Virus record (IMG/VR): IMGVR_UViG_3300025645_000069
Span: 1,424-65,423 of that record
Strand: one strand, 5' to 3'
Origin: a virus
Taxonomy: Duplodnaviria; Caudoviricetes
DNA: 64,000 nt
The first letter of the stretch is position 1; every line of letters begins with the position of its first letter. This document shows positions 47,495 through 57,342 of this stretch, in pieces. A model generated the notes under the pieces. That model searched no databases and was not told the origin of the DNA. It was given only the letters and a program-made list of their open reading frames with translations. The position numbers were made by a program, and so were the translations under genes.

Positions 47495-47802
47495 TATCAA
47501 AGCAAACTGCTAGATATTATAAAACGAGTAAGAAATTTTGGGTTGAGAATAAAAAAGACTTTCTAAAATTATTAAAAGGTAAAGACTCACAAAACAAAAA
47601 ACCTTATAGAATATCATTTAAATTTATACGTAAAAGTAGGCACAAGTTTGATTACATCAATCCTGCGCAGACTATACAAGATGAAATGGTAAAATATGGG
47701 TGGATTAGTGACGACAACGCGGATGAGATGATTCCAGTATTTTTAGAATACGAGTATGATAAAGACAACCCAGGAGTTTATATTAATGTATTAAAATCTT
47801 AA
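47416..47802 (+). CDS. RusA-like Holliday junction resolvase
   Basis: IPGNVPSSKN, FDYIN and QD..V..G.I.DDN motifs. Confidence 0.75.
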   Translation: MPRGIFIPGNVPSSKNGRRWTGRYFIVSKQTARYYKTSKKFWVENKKDFLKLLKGKDSQNKKPYRISFKFIRKSRHKFDYINPAQTIQDEMVKYGWISDDNADEMIPVFLEYEYDKDNPGVYINVLKS

Positions 47803-47804
47803 TT

Positions 47805-48116
47805 ATGTCTAAAATTAAAATTAAATATACAGAAGAATTTAAGCTTAATTGCTTTAATTATCTTAGATACTTCATGGATATTAGACTATTAACAAATGCC
47901 ATAGAACATGGTAGAGATAATGTTGTAAGATATTATCTTGAGAGTGCTTTAGATGATCCTGAATTGTATGTTAATCATATGGCTGATGAAGGCGACAGAG
48001 TAGTAGCTAATGCTAAGATTCACGCACACAAGCAGCGACAGGAGCTGTACAATGAATACATGGAATTATTAATTAAAACTGAAGACGAAAATGTCAGAAC
48101 AAAACTATTACGCTAA
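47805..48116 (+). CDS. Hypothetical protein
   Basis: 103-aa ORF in the operon. Confidence 0.55.
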   Translation: MSKIKIKYTEEFKLNCFNYLRYFMDIRLLTNAIEHGRDNVVRYYLESALDDPELYVNHMADEGDRVVANAKIHAHKQRQELYNEYMELLIKTEDENVRTKLLR

Positions 48117-49074
48117 AGAATCTATATCAAATAGTGATTTAGGTACTTTAAAAATTTCTCCAAGACAATTTGTTATGCGTAAGCAAAGAGAAATGCAAAC
48201 TAAAAGTGCAGCTATGGAGCTTGGTACTCTTATTCATAAGTTTACATTAGAGCCTGATGAATTTATTATAGCCGATGTAGAGCCTGTAAAAGGTAAAATG
48301 GGAGAGTATATTCAGGCTTATTATGAGTTAGAGAAATCTGGTATGGAAGAAGATAAAATTGCTGAAATGGCGTATGCGCATGCTCAGTACAAACCTTCTC
48401 ACTCTAAACCAGAAACTATTCTTAAAAGTTTTAAGAAAAAAGAAGAAAATGTTGCTTACTATGAATTTCTTAAAAAAGCTGATGGTAAAATTGCGTTAGG
48501 AGCTAAAGACAAGCAAGTAATTGAAGGATGTCTTACATCTTTACGAGAACATGCAGTTTCTAATAAATTATTATTTTCAGAAACTGAAGAAAATGTAGAA
48601 GGTTTTAACGAGAAAGAAATATATTTTACTCAAGAAGATGTAGAATGTAAATCTAAATTAGACAGAATTATTGTAGACCATAACAATAAAACTGTGACAA
48701 TTGTAGATCTTAAAACTACCAGCTCTCAAGTTTATGGTGAATGCATTCCTGTAAAAGACAAAACAGGTATTAGCTTAATGAGAGATTGGCATGTTACAGG
48801 ATTTATGTATTCTTGTTTACAATATTCTTATTACAGACAGCTTGCATTTTATACTAATGCAGTTATAGCAGAATACCCAGACTACACAGTAGAATCTTTT
48901 ATTATTGCAGTTGACACTAAAGGTACTTACGATGTTGCAGTATACAAACTACCTTCTGAATGGTTAGAAGAAGGTGCAAACGAAATCAAATGTTTGTTGA
49001 GTGAGTATAAGCATTACAAAGAAGGAAACAACTTTAGTATAAAGCAAGGCTATGAAGCTGTAGTAAGTTATTAA
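48091..49074 (+). CDS. RecE/exonuclease VIII-like PD-(D/E)XK nuclease
   Basis: ISNSDL, GTLIH...LEP, KSKLD, IVDLKTT and Y.RQ.AFY motifs. Confidence 0.8.
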   Translation: MSEQNYYAKESISNSDLGTLKISPRQFVMRKQREMQTKSAAMELGTLIHKFTLEPDEFIIADVEPVKGKMGEYIQAYYELEKSGMEEDKIAEMAYAHAQYKPSHSKPETILKSFKKKEENVAYYEFLKKADGKIALGAKDKQVIEGCLTSLREHAVSNKLLFSETEENVEGFNEKEIYFTQEDVECKSKLDRIIVDHNNKTVTIVDLKTTSSQVYGECIPVKDKTGISLMRDWHVTGFMYSCLQYSYYRQLAFYTNAVIAEYPDYTVESFIIAVDTKGTYDVAVYKLPSEWLEEGANEIKCLLSEYKHYKEGNNFSIKQGYEAVVSY

Positions 49075-49086
49075 AATATTGTTTAG

Positions 49087-49659
49087 ATGGGGAAGATAGA
49101 TGTTGTGCCGAAACAAATGCTTAACAAAAGCTACACATACATACTTCCAATGCTTAGTACAAAAATAGATATTATAAAGCAGAATCTTGTTAACGCCTTT
49201 ATAGGTTCTGACGAGTTTCCTGCTTATAATAATCATATTTTTTTGTTATATAGGTATAGGGGAGATGTAAAGTTTATAGAATATGAAGACTATTTAGAAA
49301 ATACTATTCCTTTTAAAGCAAAATATGACCCAGACAAGTATCATGTCATATTTATATTTGATGTTCCTAAAGAATATCAAAAAGATTATGATCTCTTTAA
49401 AGAAGGTAGGTATTCTGAATTATCTCATGCGTATAAACTATTAATATTTAAATTTCATAAAATTATTGACGAAAATCACAAGGTAGGTAAAGTTCTTTTT
49501 AAACATCCTGATTTAAGATTAGATATAGAAGATAGATTAAACATTTCTCTTCCTGACAACTCTGAGTTATCTTCTGTACCAGATTTAGAAATAGAAATCT
49601 ATACAGAAAAGATGAAAATAAAAGATGCTTTAATTCCTCCTGAAAAACCATTTGACTAA
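49087..49659 (+). CDS. Conserved crAss-like hypothetical protein
   Basis: 190 aa with KS..YILPM and F.VP..Y..DY..F..G.YS motifs. Confidence 0.6.
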   Translation: MGKIDVVPKQMLNKSYTYILPMLSTKIDIIKQNLVNAFIGSDEFPAYNNHIFLLYRYRGDVKFIEYEDYLENTIPFKAKYDPDKYHVIFIFDVPKEYQKDYDLFKEGRYSELSHAYKLLIFKFHKIIDENHKVGKVLFKHPDLRLDIEDRLNISLPDNSELSSVPDLEIEIYTEKMKIKDALIPPEKPFD

Positions 49660-52089
49660 ATGAAACTACAACAACAACACCACGTCGATGAAGTAATTGG
49701 CGTGCAGAAACAACACAAGTTTAAAATAACGGACGGATCACAGGCTATCATTATGGATAGCCTGATTAATTTATACTCGGACCCTATTGGTTCGATTGTC
49801 CGTGAGATCACTTCAAACTGTATAGATGCAAATCGTGAGCGGAACCTTAAGTTAGAGGGTAAGATTCCAATGGAAGCAGAGGATAATAAATCTTTCTGGT
49901 CTACTAAGCAAACGGTTTGTATCGAATACGTTACGAAGAACACTATCCTAGGCGTGGATGAGTGTATGATATTCCACGATAACGGTTGCGGTCTCTCTCA
50001 GACACGTGTACAAGATGTATTTACTACATTCGGTGCATCAACTAAGAGAAACAATAACTATGAGATCGGTGGATTCGGCCTCGGTGCAAAGTCACCGCTG
50101 TCATATGCAGATACTTTCTATGTATCTAGTAGATGTAATGGTACTGAAACATATTATATGATTTATCGTAACAACGATAATGTTCCGCATATGGATCAGG
50201 TGTACCAAGCAGCTACAGATCAACAGAATGGTACTAGTATTATTGTTCCTCTTAAGAATAGGTATGATGCCTCTGATTTTAGAGAAGCTATTAATAATCA
50301 ACTTGCGTACTTTGATAACATTGTATTTAAAAATGTTGAAGAAGGTTTAGGTAACATAAAAAACTACTACAGTAAATATGTTGGTTCTAACGGCGACTCA
50401 TCTAGAGTACTAGAAGAAACAGAATCGTATGCTATTACTAGTGATGGTTCAGAGCCGTGTCTTCTTGTAGGTAGAGTTAAATACCCTATTAATTGGGATA
50501 TGCTTAAAGGTATATCAGAATATGATTATAGAGGTAGTGTAGCTTTTAAGTTTAATATTGGTGTGCTTGATCTTGTACCTTCTCGAGAAGAGATACGATA
50601 CACTCCTAAAACTATTGATCTTATTAAAGCAGCTCTTGACAATGTAAAGAATCAGTTTAAGAAAGACTTATCAGCTAAGTATTCTGGTATTACAGACTAT
50701 ATTGAATATTTACTTGCTATATCTAATATAGGCTATAGTGGTAATAGATACCGTTCTATTACAAGCACTGATCCATCAGCTATAAAAGCTAGTATGGCTC
50801 AATTATCAGCTTATGATGTAGAGTTTAAACCTAACCCACAACTTTCACCTAGTAATCTAGCAACAGATAATAAAGCATTTCATCAATTATTTGATGGTAT
50901 ATCTGTATATCAATGCAAAGTATCTAGTAACTCTTCTGCTATAGGCGGTGAGACTATATACACTAAGGAGTTGTTTAACTGGTCTGATTTATTTCAAGCA
51001 TTGCAAGATGTAGAGCACATGTATTATGTTCAAGCTAATTTTAGTAAACTTAAAAGTTATACTATTATAAATTCTAGAGAAGAAACATCTTTTGTAGCAT
51101 TTAAAGCAGATCTACATAAGATAGGTGCTAAACTTGATTCTAAAACTCACACTTTGCTTGATAACCGTTCTGCACTTTCAAAAAGAGCTACATTTAATAC
51201 TGTAACTAGAGTTTTAGGGCAGTCTAAATGCATGTTATCGTATGATGATGTAGAAGAAGCAAATCTTGACGAACACTTTGGTGATGTAGTTGATAACAAG
51301 ACTCGTCGTAAAGTAAACAAGCAAGTATTTGCTCGTAATGCTGAGTTTAGAGCTGATGGTTATGAAACTAAAATTAAGTACACTAATCAAGAGTATAAGA
51401 TTTCAGATTTGCAGGCAATGTTGCACCCTGAAGAAGGAGATCCTAAACTTAAAGCTGTAGTTTATGCTGAAACAAAGGATCTTGATGAGCTTGAGAAAGT
51501 TGTCAAAGTTTTAGGTAGTAGTAGAGCTTTTTATGAAAGCAGCTACAATTATGTATACAAATTTCAGTCAGATTACAGAGTATTAAAAGTATCTAAAGAT
51601 GTTGCAAAGCAATTTGCAAACCTTGATGGATTTATAACAGCATATGAGTTTATGAAAGATTCTACACACTTGCAGAGATTTGCTACTGCGCAATATATTG
51701 GTAAATTTATAGAAAAAATTAGATTTTTACGTTATTTTGAACTTTATGACAAAGATTTAAATAATAAATTTTATAGTCTAAATAACTTTTATAAAAGCAA
51801 TACCAACGGATGTTGGCGTTGTGAAGATGATATACAGCCTGTTGTAGAAGAAATCATGAAACTAGATATTCCAGACACTGTTAGATACGACATGGAACTA
51901 ATAGATAAGCTAGAAGAAGTGGTGGAATACTCGCAAGGTTTAGATCTTTTAAACTATGTAGAGTTTAGCTCAAACTCTAGGAAATCAATTGAAGATTTCT
52001 TATCTTTAAAGGGCAAAATGCCTGACAATCAACAAATTAAATTAACATTAACAGCTAAAAATCAAAAAGATGAATTACTTAGTAGCTAA
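49660..52089 (+). CDS. rIIA: RIIA-like protein (N-terminal GHKL ATPase)
   Basis: LYSDP...VRE..SN..DA, DNGCGLS, STKR....IGGFGLGAKSP and NGT motifs; followed by rIIB. Confidence 0.85.
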   Translation: MKLQQQHHVDEVIGVQKQHKFKITDGSQAIIMDSLINLYSDPIGSIVREITSNCIDANRERNLKLEGKIPMEAEDNKSFWSTKQTVCIEYVTKNTILGVDECMIFHDNGCGLSQTRVQDVFTTFGASTKRNNNYEIGGFGLGAKSPLSYADTFYVSSRCNGTETYYMIYRNNDNVPHMDQVYQAATDQQNGTSIIVPLKNRYDASDFREAINNQLAYFDNIVFKNVEEGLGNIKNYYSKYVGSNGDSSRVLEETESYAITSDGSEPCLLVGRVKYPINWDMLKGISEYDYRGSVAFKFNIGVLDLVPSREEIRYTPKTIDLIKAALDNVKNQFKKDLSAKYSGITDYIEYLLAISNIGYSGNRYRSITSTDPSAIKASMAQLSAYDVEFKPNPQLSPSNLATDNKAFHQLFDGISVYQCKVSSNSSAIGGETIYTKELFNWSDLFQALQDVEHMYYVQANFSKLKSYTIINSREETSFVAFKADLHKIGAKLDSKTHTLLDNRSALSKRATFNTVTRVLGQSKCMLSYDDVEEANLDEHFGDVVDNKTRRKVNKQVFARNAEFRADGYETKIKYTNQEYKISDLQAMLHPEEGDPKLKAVVYAETKDLDELEKVVKVLGSSRAFYESSYNYVYKFQSDYRVLKVSKDVAKQFANLDGFITAYEFMKDSTHLQRFATAQYIGKFIEKIRFLRYFELYDKDLNNKFYSLNNFYKSNTNGCWRCEDDIQPVVEEIMKLDIPDTVRYDMELIDKLEEVVEYSQGLDLLNYVEFSSNSRKSIEDFLSLKGKMPDNQQIKLTLTAKNQKDELLSS

Positions 52090-53077
52090 AGTAACGCCAA
52101 ACGACGTTACAGTAATTATTGATGGAAAGCACAAGAGAATCCGAAAGGATTCTCCTGATGCTGAACTAGTTATTGCTCTCGTAAAGCAATACAATTCGTG
52201 TAATATTCTAACTGAGAGGGAAGATATTGTTACAAAGATAGAAGAACTTTGCAATCCTGCAAAGAAAATTGAATTTAATTCCGATGGTCGGTTTGAATTT
52301 GATGGGAACTCTGCTATGTATCTTAAAGGTACAAGTGACCCAATACCTGAGTTTCTTGCTAAAAAGCTTTTAGAGTATATCGACAAAGGTTTGAATGTAG
52401 AAGCTCTAGTTAACTTCTGGAAGAACACACTGCTTAATCCTGATAAAGGCGTTAGACAGCAGTTGTTTGGCTTCTTAGAACACAATGGCCATCCAATAAC
52501 TGATAAGGGTTATTTCTTAGCTTACAAAGCAGTGAAAGTTGCTCGTAAATATGACGCAGAAACAGGTGAAGAAGTTGTAAGCATTCGCTACGATGAAAAC
52601 ACAGGTGAGCGTATTGAAGAAACTCTTAACCAGTCTATGACTTTCAAACCGTATCACTCAGGTGCACATGGTATGACAGTTAAAGTTGGTGAGCCTATTA
52701 CAATGCCAAGAGAAGAGTGTGACTCTGATCCTGAAGTAACTTGCTCTGCAGGTTTACATGTAGGTTCTATGGAGTATGTACATGACTTTGGTTATAGTGG
52801 GGGTGTAATACTAGAAGTACTAGTAAGTCCTCGTAATGTTGTAGCAGTTCCTACTGACTATAACAATACTAAGATGCGTACTTGTGAGTATTATCCTATT
52901 GCTATTACTAACGGCGAGAATGATGCCATCTATTTAGAATCTGATTATGCTTCGTTTGACCATGCTACTATGGAAGACGATATAGTAAATTATGAAGAGT
53001 CTAAGCGAGATGTAATAAATGAAATTGAAAAAGAATTAGCAGAGCGTAGAGCTGTTGCTGACTCAATACTTCAATAA
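52070..53077 (+). CDS. rIIB: RIIB-like protein
   Basis: NFW....NP, LF.FL.....IT..G.FLAYK, CSAGLHVG and VP.DYNN.KMR.CEY motifs. Confidence 0.88.
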   Translation: MNYLVAKVTPNDVTVIIDGKHKRIRKDSPDAELVIALVKQYNSCNILTEREDIVTKIEELCNPAKKIEFNSDGRFEFDGNSAMYLKGTSDPIPEFLAKKLLEYIDKGLNVEALVNFWKNTLLNPDKGVRQQLFGFLEHNGHPITDKGYFLAYKAVKVARKYDAETGEEVVSIRYDENTGERIEETLNQSMTFKPYHSGAHGMTVKVGEPITMPREECDSDPEVTCSAGLHVGSMEYVHDFGYSGGVILEVLVSPRNVVAVPTDYNNTKMRTCEYYPIAITNGENDAIYLESDYASFDHATMEDDIVNYEESKRDVINEIEKELAERRAVADSILQ

Positions 53078-53082
53078 AGTAA

Positions 53083-53183
53083 TTAATTCTCACAAAGTTT
53101 TGTGTTGTTGTTACTTGTTGTTGTCTTTGTGAGAAATTAATAGGGGGAGAAGGCTTTGTGCTTTTTCCCCCTTTTTTTTTCTT
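53083..53183. terminator. Double hairpin/terminator at the convergence of the replication and RNAP operons
   Basis: TTCTCACAAAG/CTTTGTGAGAA hairpin with a GT-rich loop, then GGGGAGAAGGC/GCTTTTTCCCC plus a T9 run. Confidence 0.8.
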
Positions 53184-53185
53184 TA

Positions 53186-53632
53186 TTAATCTTTACAAGC
53201 TACAAATAACTCTATCTGTATAACACCACTACTAGATTTAGCAGATATACTATCTATTGCAGCAAAAGTAGGTGCTGTACCAAGAGATGTGTCTCCATCT
53301 TCCATAGCATCCATTACACTATTACCTAATAAAAAATGATCTTCAGGATTTACTTTTACAAAGTATTGTGAATCTGTCATTTTTATTTTAAGTTCAATAT
53401 CTGCACTACTATCTAAATTTGTAATACGTAAATATTTTACAGAACCGTCTTTAAACGTTCCTGCTGATGCAGCTGCTCCAAATTTAATTATTTCTGTATA
53501 AGTTGCAGGTACATCCATAATTCTATGAGATACCTCATTTACATCTACGCTCTGCACATTTGTTGTACCTCTATCGGTACTACCGTCACCCATTGTAACA
53601 GCTTCAGTTAATGTTATTGTCAGTGTTGCCAT
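53186..53632 (-). CDS. Small beta-rich virion protein (distant paralog of 27110-27925)
   Basis: MATLTITL.E N-terminus, KYLRITNLD and IELFVA C-terminus. Confidence 0.65.
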   Translation of the reverse strand: MATLTITLTEAVTMGDGSTDRGTTNVQSVDVNEVSHRIMDVPATYTEIIKFGAAASAGTFKDGSVKYLRITNLDSSADIELKIKMTDSQYFVKVNPEDHFLLGNSVMDAMEDGDTSLGTAPTFAAIDSISAKSSSGVIQIELFVACKD

Positions 53633-53768
53633 TGTCTATTATTATAAAAATTTGTATTAATCCTAAAAAAAATTGTACCTCATAGTAAGGTGCATGCTCT
53701 TCTGGTTGGAAGTGGCGCACACCAAATACTATTCCTTTTGCCCATGTTAACCCGAATCCTAGTTTCAT
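53604..53768 (-). CDS. 54-aa small hydrophobic protein (not in the ORF track)
   Basis: TAATG coupling to the upstream stop. Translation: MKLGFGLTWAKGIVFGVRHFQPEEHAPYYEVQFFLGLIQIFIIIDNGNTDNNIN. Confidence 0.55.
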   Translation of the reverse strand: MKLGFGLTWAKGIVFGVRHFQPEEHAPYYEVQFFLGLIQIFIIIDNGNTDNNIN

Positions 53769-56700
53769 TAATTATTATTTCCCATTAAAAATTTAAGAGA
53801 GTTTTCTACATCTCTATCTAACTGACTTAATACAGGTAATACATCATACAGTTCTTTACCTATCTTAGTTGAACCTTTTCTTTTACCTCTTGTGTATAAT
53901 TCAAATCCTTGGCCCATAGCTATTCTTGGTATTTCTTTAAAAAAGAATCTCATAAATAATTCAATTGCATTTTCAAGCATGCTTATAGATGCTGCAGGAC
54001 TTCTAAATATTCTTACTATTTCTATAGGATTCATGTAAAAAGATAACTCTGAGTATATTCTACGAACAAAAAATGCACCATATAAAATTAATTTCTTTTC
54101 ATCGTCATTAGGTGCAGCTTTAGCTGCTGCAAGCAGCACAGAACTACTAACTCCTGATAAAAGCATATCTACAATATATATTGTTGCTCTTCGCAGATCA
54201 CCTTTTTCTCTTTCAGACAAACTATTCCATCTGTCTGCACGTAATTCTGCTTTTAAAAGTTCTCCTTGTTTTAGTATTGTACTCAAGAATCTCATTCCTT
54301 CTGTAAACGAACCAAATTGAAATTCTTCAGATTGTCTACTAAAATCTAAGTCATCTGCCCGCAAGTCTTCTCTAGGTGTAAACACTTTATTTGCACCTCT
54401 GTATTTTTCTAATCCTCCAGGAATCATCCATCTACGTAAAGAAAACCCTGCCCTACCTATTATATATCTTTGAGCTAGCGCATTGTTTTTGCTTGTATAG
54501 TTACCATTGATGTAATAATTTAATTCAAACAACTGTCTAGTTACTTTAAACTCTGCGTCAACTAAATTATTATTTTTTACTTTTATAACTCTACCTGTAT
54601 TAAAAACTAAGGAGCCTACATCTATTCCATCTCTTACTTTTAATTCTTTTTCTTTAGCTTCGTAAACTTCATCAAACGACATTGCTTGATTCCTATCTTT
54701 TACGACTTTCCCATCTTTATTTATATATTCACCTTTACTATTTTGTACTTTTATTCCGTTTAAAAAAGAATACATTAATAAGTGTTGTACATAGTGCTCT
54801 CCCATTTGGTGAAACCCGTGTAATGTACTTTTATCTGCAGACTGGCTTAACTTTGTAGCTGCCATAAATTTCTTAGCTGCAGGATTCCAATCTTGTTCTG
54901 CTTGAAATCTTTCTCCTAATAAATTAGTTATTGCTCCAGGCCTAATTACTCCTATATCACCAAATATATTAGGCATATCTAAAGCAAATTTTTTCTCTGC
55001 ATTTATTAACTCTTTCATCCCGTACTCTACATCAAAGTACATACCGCTCATAGCGCGCATAGATTGTATAGTTTTAGATTGGAATACAGAAGCTATTGCA
55101 GAGTAATAGTTAAATATAAGCATAGTATCTGTTGTCCAAGACATTAAAGTACTAGCTATTTTATTTGCTTTACCTGACCCTACATTTTTAACTCCGTACA
55201 ACCTATCTTCTATTACAGATGTAAGATTTTTGTATACATTAGAAGCCATACCGTCTTCCATTTCAAAAGAAAGTTCTTCTTTTCCTTTTACTTTTATTTT
55301 TTGTGCTTTCTTTTTACCCCAATGGTATTTACCTACTTTACTAGTTCCCACCACTTGTTTTAAAATTTCTAGCTCTGCTTGAACGTAAGAACTTTCTTCC
55401 CAATTAACAGCTCCCCAATAGTCCATTAAAAGTATAGACGGTAAATCATAAGATTGCTCATTTAAAGGCACTTTATCGTCCTGTCTATAGTACACAGGTA
55501 TTTTTTGTTGCACTTGTCCGTATTCATTTAAATTTGTATACATCAAAGCTTTTACCTGCTCCCATTTACTTATGTCATCTGAATTGTCTTCACCTTTCTC
55601 ATAGTAATCAATATCATCTGCTGTAAGTGTGAACTTATCTTTATATATTCTTTTTATTGAAGCAATTAAACCGTCTTCAAAACTAGTTTCCATTAATGTT
55701 TTTTGTATTGCAGGTAGTTTTAATCCTCTTCTATTAGGGTACATCTCATCTCTTTCTGTGATCATGTCACGAAAGAACCAATACATCTTATACTCTATTT
55801 TATTTTTATTAGTTTCGTCTGCAAAGAAATTAAATCTAGGATCTTTCCATTGAGACTTTACATTGTATTTACCAGAAACTTTATCTCTACTCTCTACATT
55901 GTCGTTATACCATTCTATATATGACTTTTTTGCTTCTATATATTGGTAACTGTTTTGGCCGTATTTATCTTGAGCGTCTAGCATAGGAGTTAAAAACTTT
56001 GTACGCGCTGTCCAGAAGTCAGGTTTTATTTCATCTACTAAAAATTTTGTAAGCTTACCATTTTCTTCTCTACCGATCATATCTCCCCACAAACTACGCA
56101 TGTCTGTAGTACTTTTCCCTTTAATATATTGTTTCCACAATTTTTCAAGCTCCGTAAACTTTTCTATAGTTTTACGCATTGTTAGATAATCTTTTTTATC
56201 TAGTATTTCTGCAGCTAGAGATATTACATCATCCCCCATATTACGAGCATCTAGCATGTAATGCGCGAACCCAGACAAATCTTTAGGATTTTCTTTTAAA
56301 ATACGCATAAAATTATCTATTTCTGCCTGCTTGATTACATCAGCATTACGCTCCATTTGCTCTGCAACAAAAACACCTCGCTCTTCACTATATCTTTTTC
56401 TGCTTTTTGTATTATCTTTTAATGCTCTTGCTTTTCTCCACTGCGTATAAGGAATACCACCTTTTTTTGAATCAGAAAATGAGTCTGAGTATTTTCTATA
56501 ATATACTGCAGTCATTTTACCAGGAACAGATCCCCACTTGTTTGCAATAGCTTGTCTTGCTTTAAAGTTAAACTGAGACTGTATAGAAGCTTTTTCAGAA
56601 AGTATTTTATTGTAATCTACTGCAGTACCTCCTGTATTGTCTTGTGTTATGTATAAATTTAATTCTCTTTCTTTTGATACAAGCTCTATAACTTCATCAA

Positions 56701-57340
56701 CAGTATTTATAAATTTAAGTCTTTGGTCGTATTCATATATTGTAGCTATATCTAAAGCTCCTTGTATATTTAAAACTTGTTTTGCATTTTTTAATAACAA
56801 CTCTACAGTTTTTAAATATCCTTTTAACGCAACCTTATCATTAAATTTTTCTAATTGCGCAGCTAACGCTTCTAGATCTGTTACGTACTTAGACCGCATG
56901 TAATCTATACGTATTTTACGTGCTTCTTCTATAGATGTAGCATTTTGTATCCTAGACTCTAACTCCTCGGCACCATACATTTGTATTTTCTTAGCAGTAC
57001 GTAAGTTTTTTATACGAGACTTAACTCTTTTTATAAGGTCAGTTATTATTTTATCTCTGTTAGCTTCTTCATACTCAGTTCCTAAGAGTAATGTAGATTC
57101 TTGCTGTATTTCTATTTTAATTTCGTTGCTATCAATAATGTCTATAACAGACTCAATAGTAGGATAACCAAACTCATCAACTCTAGGATCTTCTTCAGAT
57201 GTTATTCCTACGTTTGCAAGAGATAACCAGTCGCCAAACAGGTCTATAAACTGAGGCGAATGTACAAAGTCAAATACAGCCTCTGAATTGTCTTTAAATC
57301 TAGGGTTATTGTCTAGGTCTATTTTTAATTTACATGCCAT
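53768..57340 (-). CDS. Large putative virion-injected protein co-encoded with the RNA polymerase
   Basis: ~1190 aa, probable start MACK at 57340, helical, with a hydrophobic C-terminal region; lies directly downstream of the virion RNAP. Confidence 0.7.
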   Translation of the reverse strand: MACKLKIDLDNNPRFKDNSEAVFDFVHSPQFIDLFGDWLSLANVGITSEEDPRVDEFGYPTIESVIDIIDSNEIKIEIQQESTLLLGTEYEEANRDKIITDLIKRVKSRIKNLRTAKKIQMYGAEELESRIQNATSIEEARKIRIDYMRSKYVTDLEALAAQLEKFNDKVALKGYLKTVELLLKNAKQVLNIQGALDIATIYEYDQRLKFINTVDEVIELVSKERELNLYITQDNTGGTAVDYNKILSEKASIQSQFNFKARQAIANKWGSVPGKMTAVYYRKYSDSFSDSKKGGIPYTQWRKARALKDNTKSRKRYSEERGVFVAEQMERNADVIKQAEIDNFMRILKENPKDLSGFAHYMLDARNMGDDVISLAAEILDKKDYLTMRKTIEKFTELEKLWKQYIKGKSTTDMRSLWGDMIGREENGKLTKFLVDEIKPDFWTARTKFLTPMLDAQDKYGQNSYQYIEAKKSYIEWYNDNVESRDKVSGKYNVKSQWKDPRFNFFADETNKNKIEYKMYWFFRDMITERDEMYPNRRGLKLPAIQKTLMETSFEDGLIASIKRIYKDKFTLTADDIDYYEKGEDNSDDISKWEQVKALMYTNLNEYGQVQQKIPVYYRQDDKVPLNEQSYDLPSILLMDYWGAVNWEESSYVQAELEILKQVVGTSKVGKYHWGKKKAQKIKVKGKEELSFEMEDGMASNVYKNLTSVIEDRLYGVKNVGSGKANKIASTLMSWTTDTMLIFNYYSAIASVFQSKTIQSMRAMSGMYFDVEYGMKELINAEKKFALDMPNIFGDIGVIRPGAITNLLGERFQAEQDWNPAAKKFMAATKLSQSADKSTLHGFHQMGEHYVQHLLMYSFLNGIKVQNSKGEYINKDGKVVKDRNQAMSFDEVYEAKEKELKVRDGIDVGSLVFNTGRVIKVKNNNLVDAEFKVTRQLFELNYYINGNYTSKNNALAQRYIIGRAGFSLRRWMIPGGLEKYRGANKVFTPREDLRADDLDFSRQSEEFQFGSFTEGMRFLSTILKQGELLKAELRADRWNSLSEREKGDLRRATIYIVDMLLSGVSSSVLLAAAKAAPNDDEKKLILYGAFFVRRIYSELSFYMNPIEIVRIFRSPAASISMLENAIELFMRFFFKEIPRIAMGQGFELYTRGKRKGSTKIGKELYDVLPVLSQLDRDVENSLKFLMGNNN

Positions 57341-57342
57341 AA

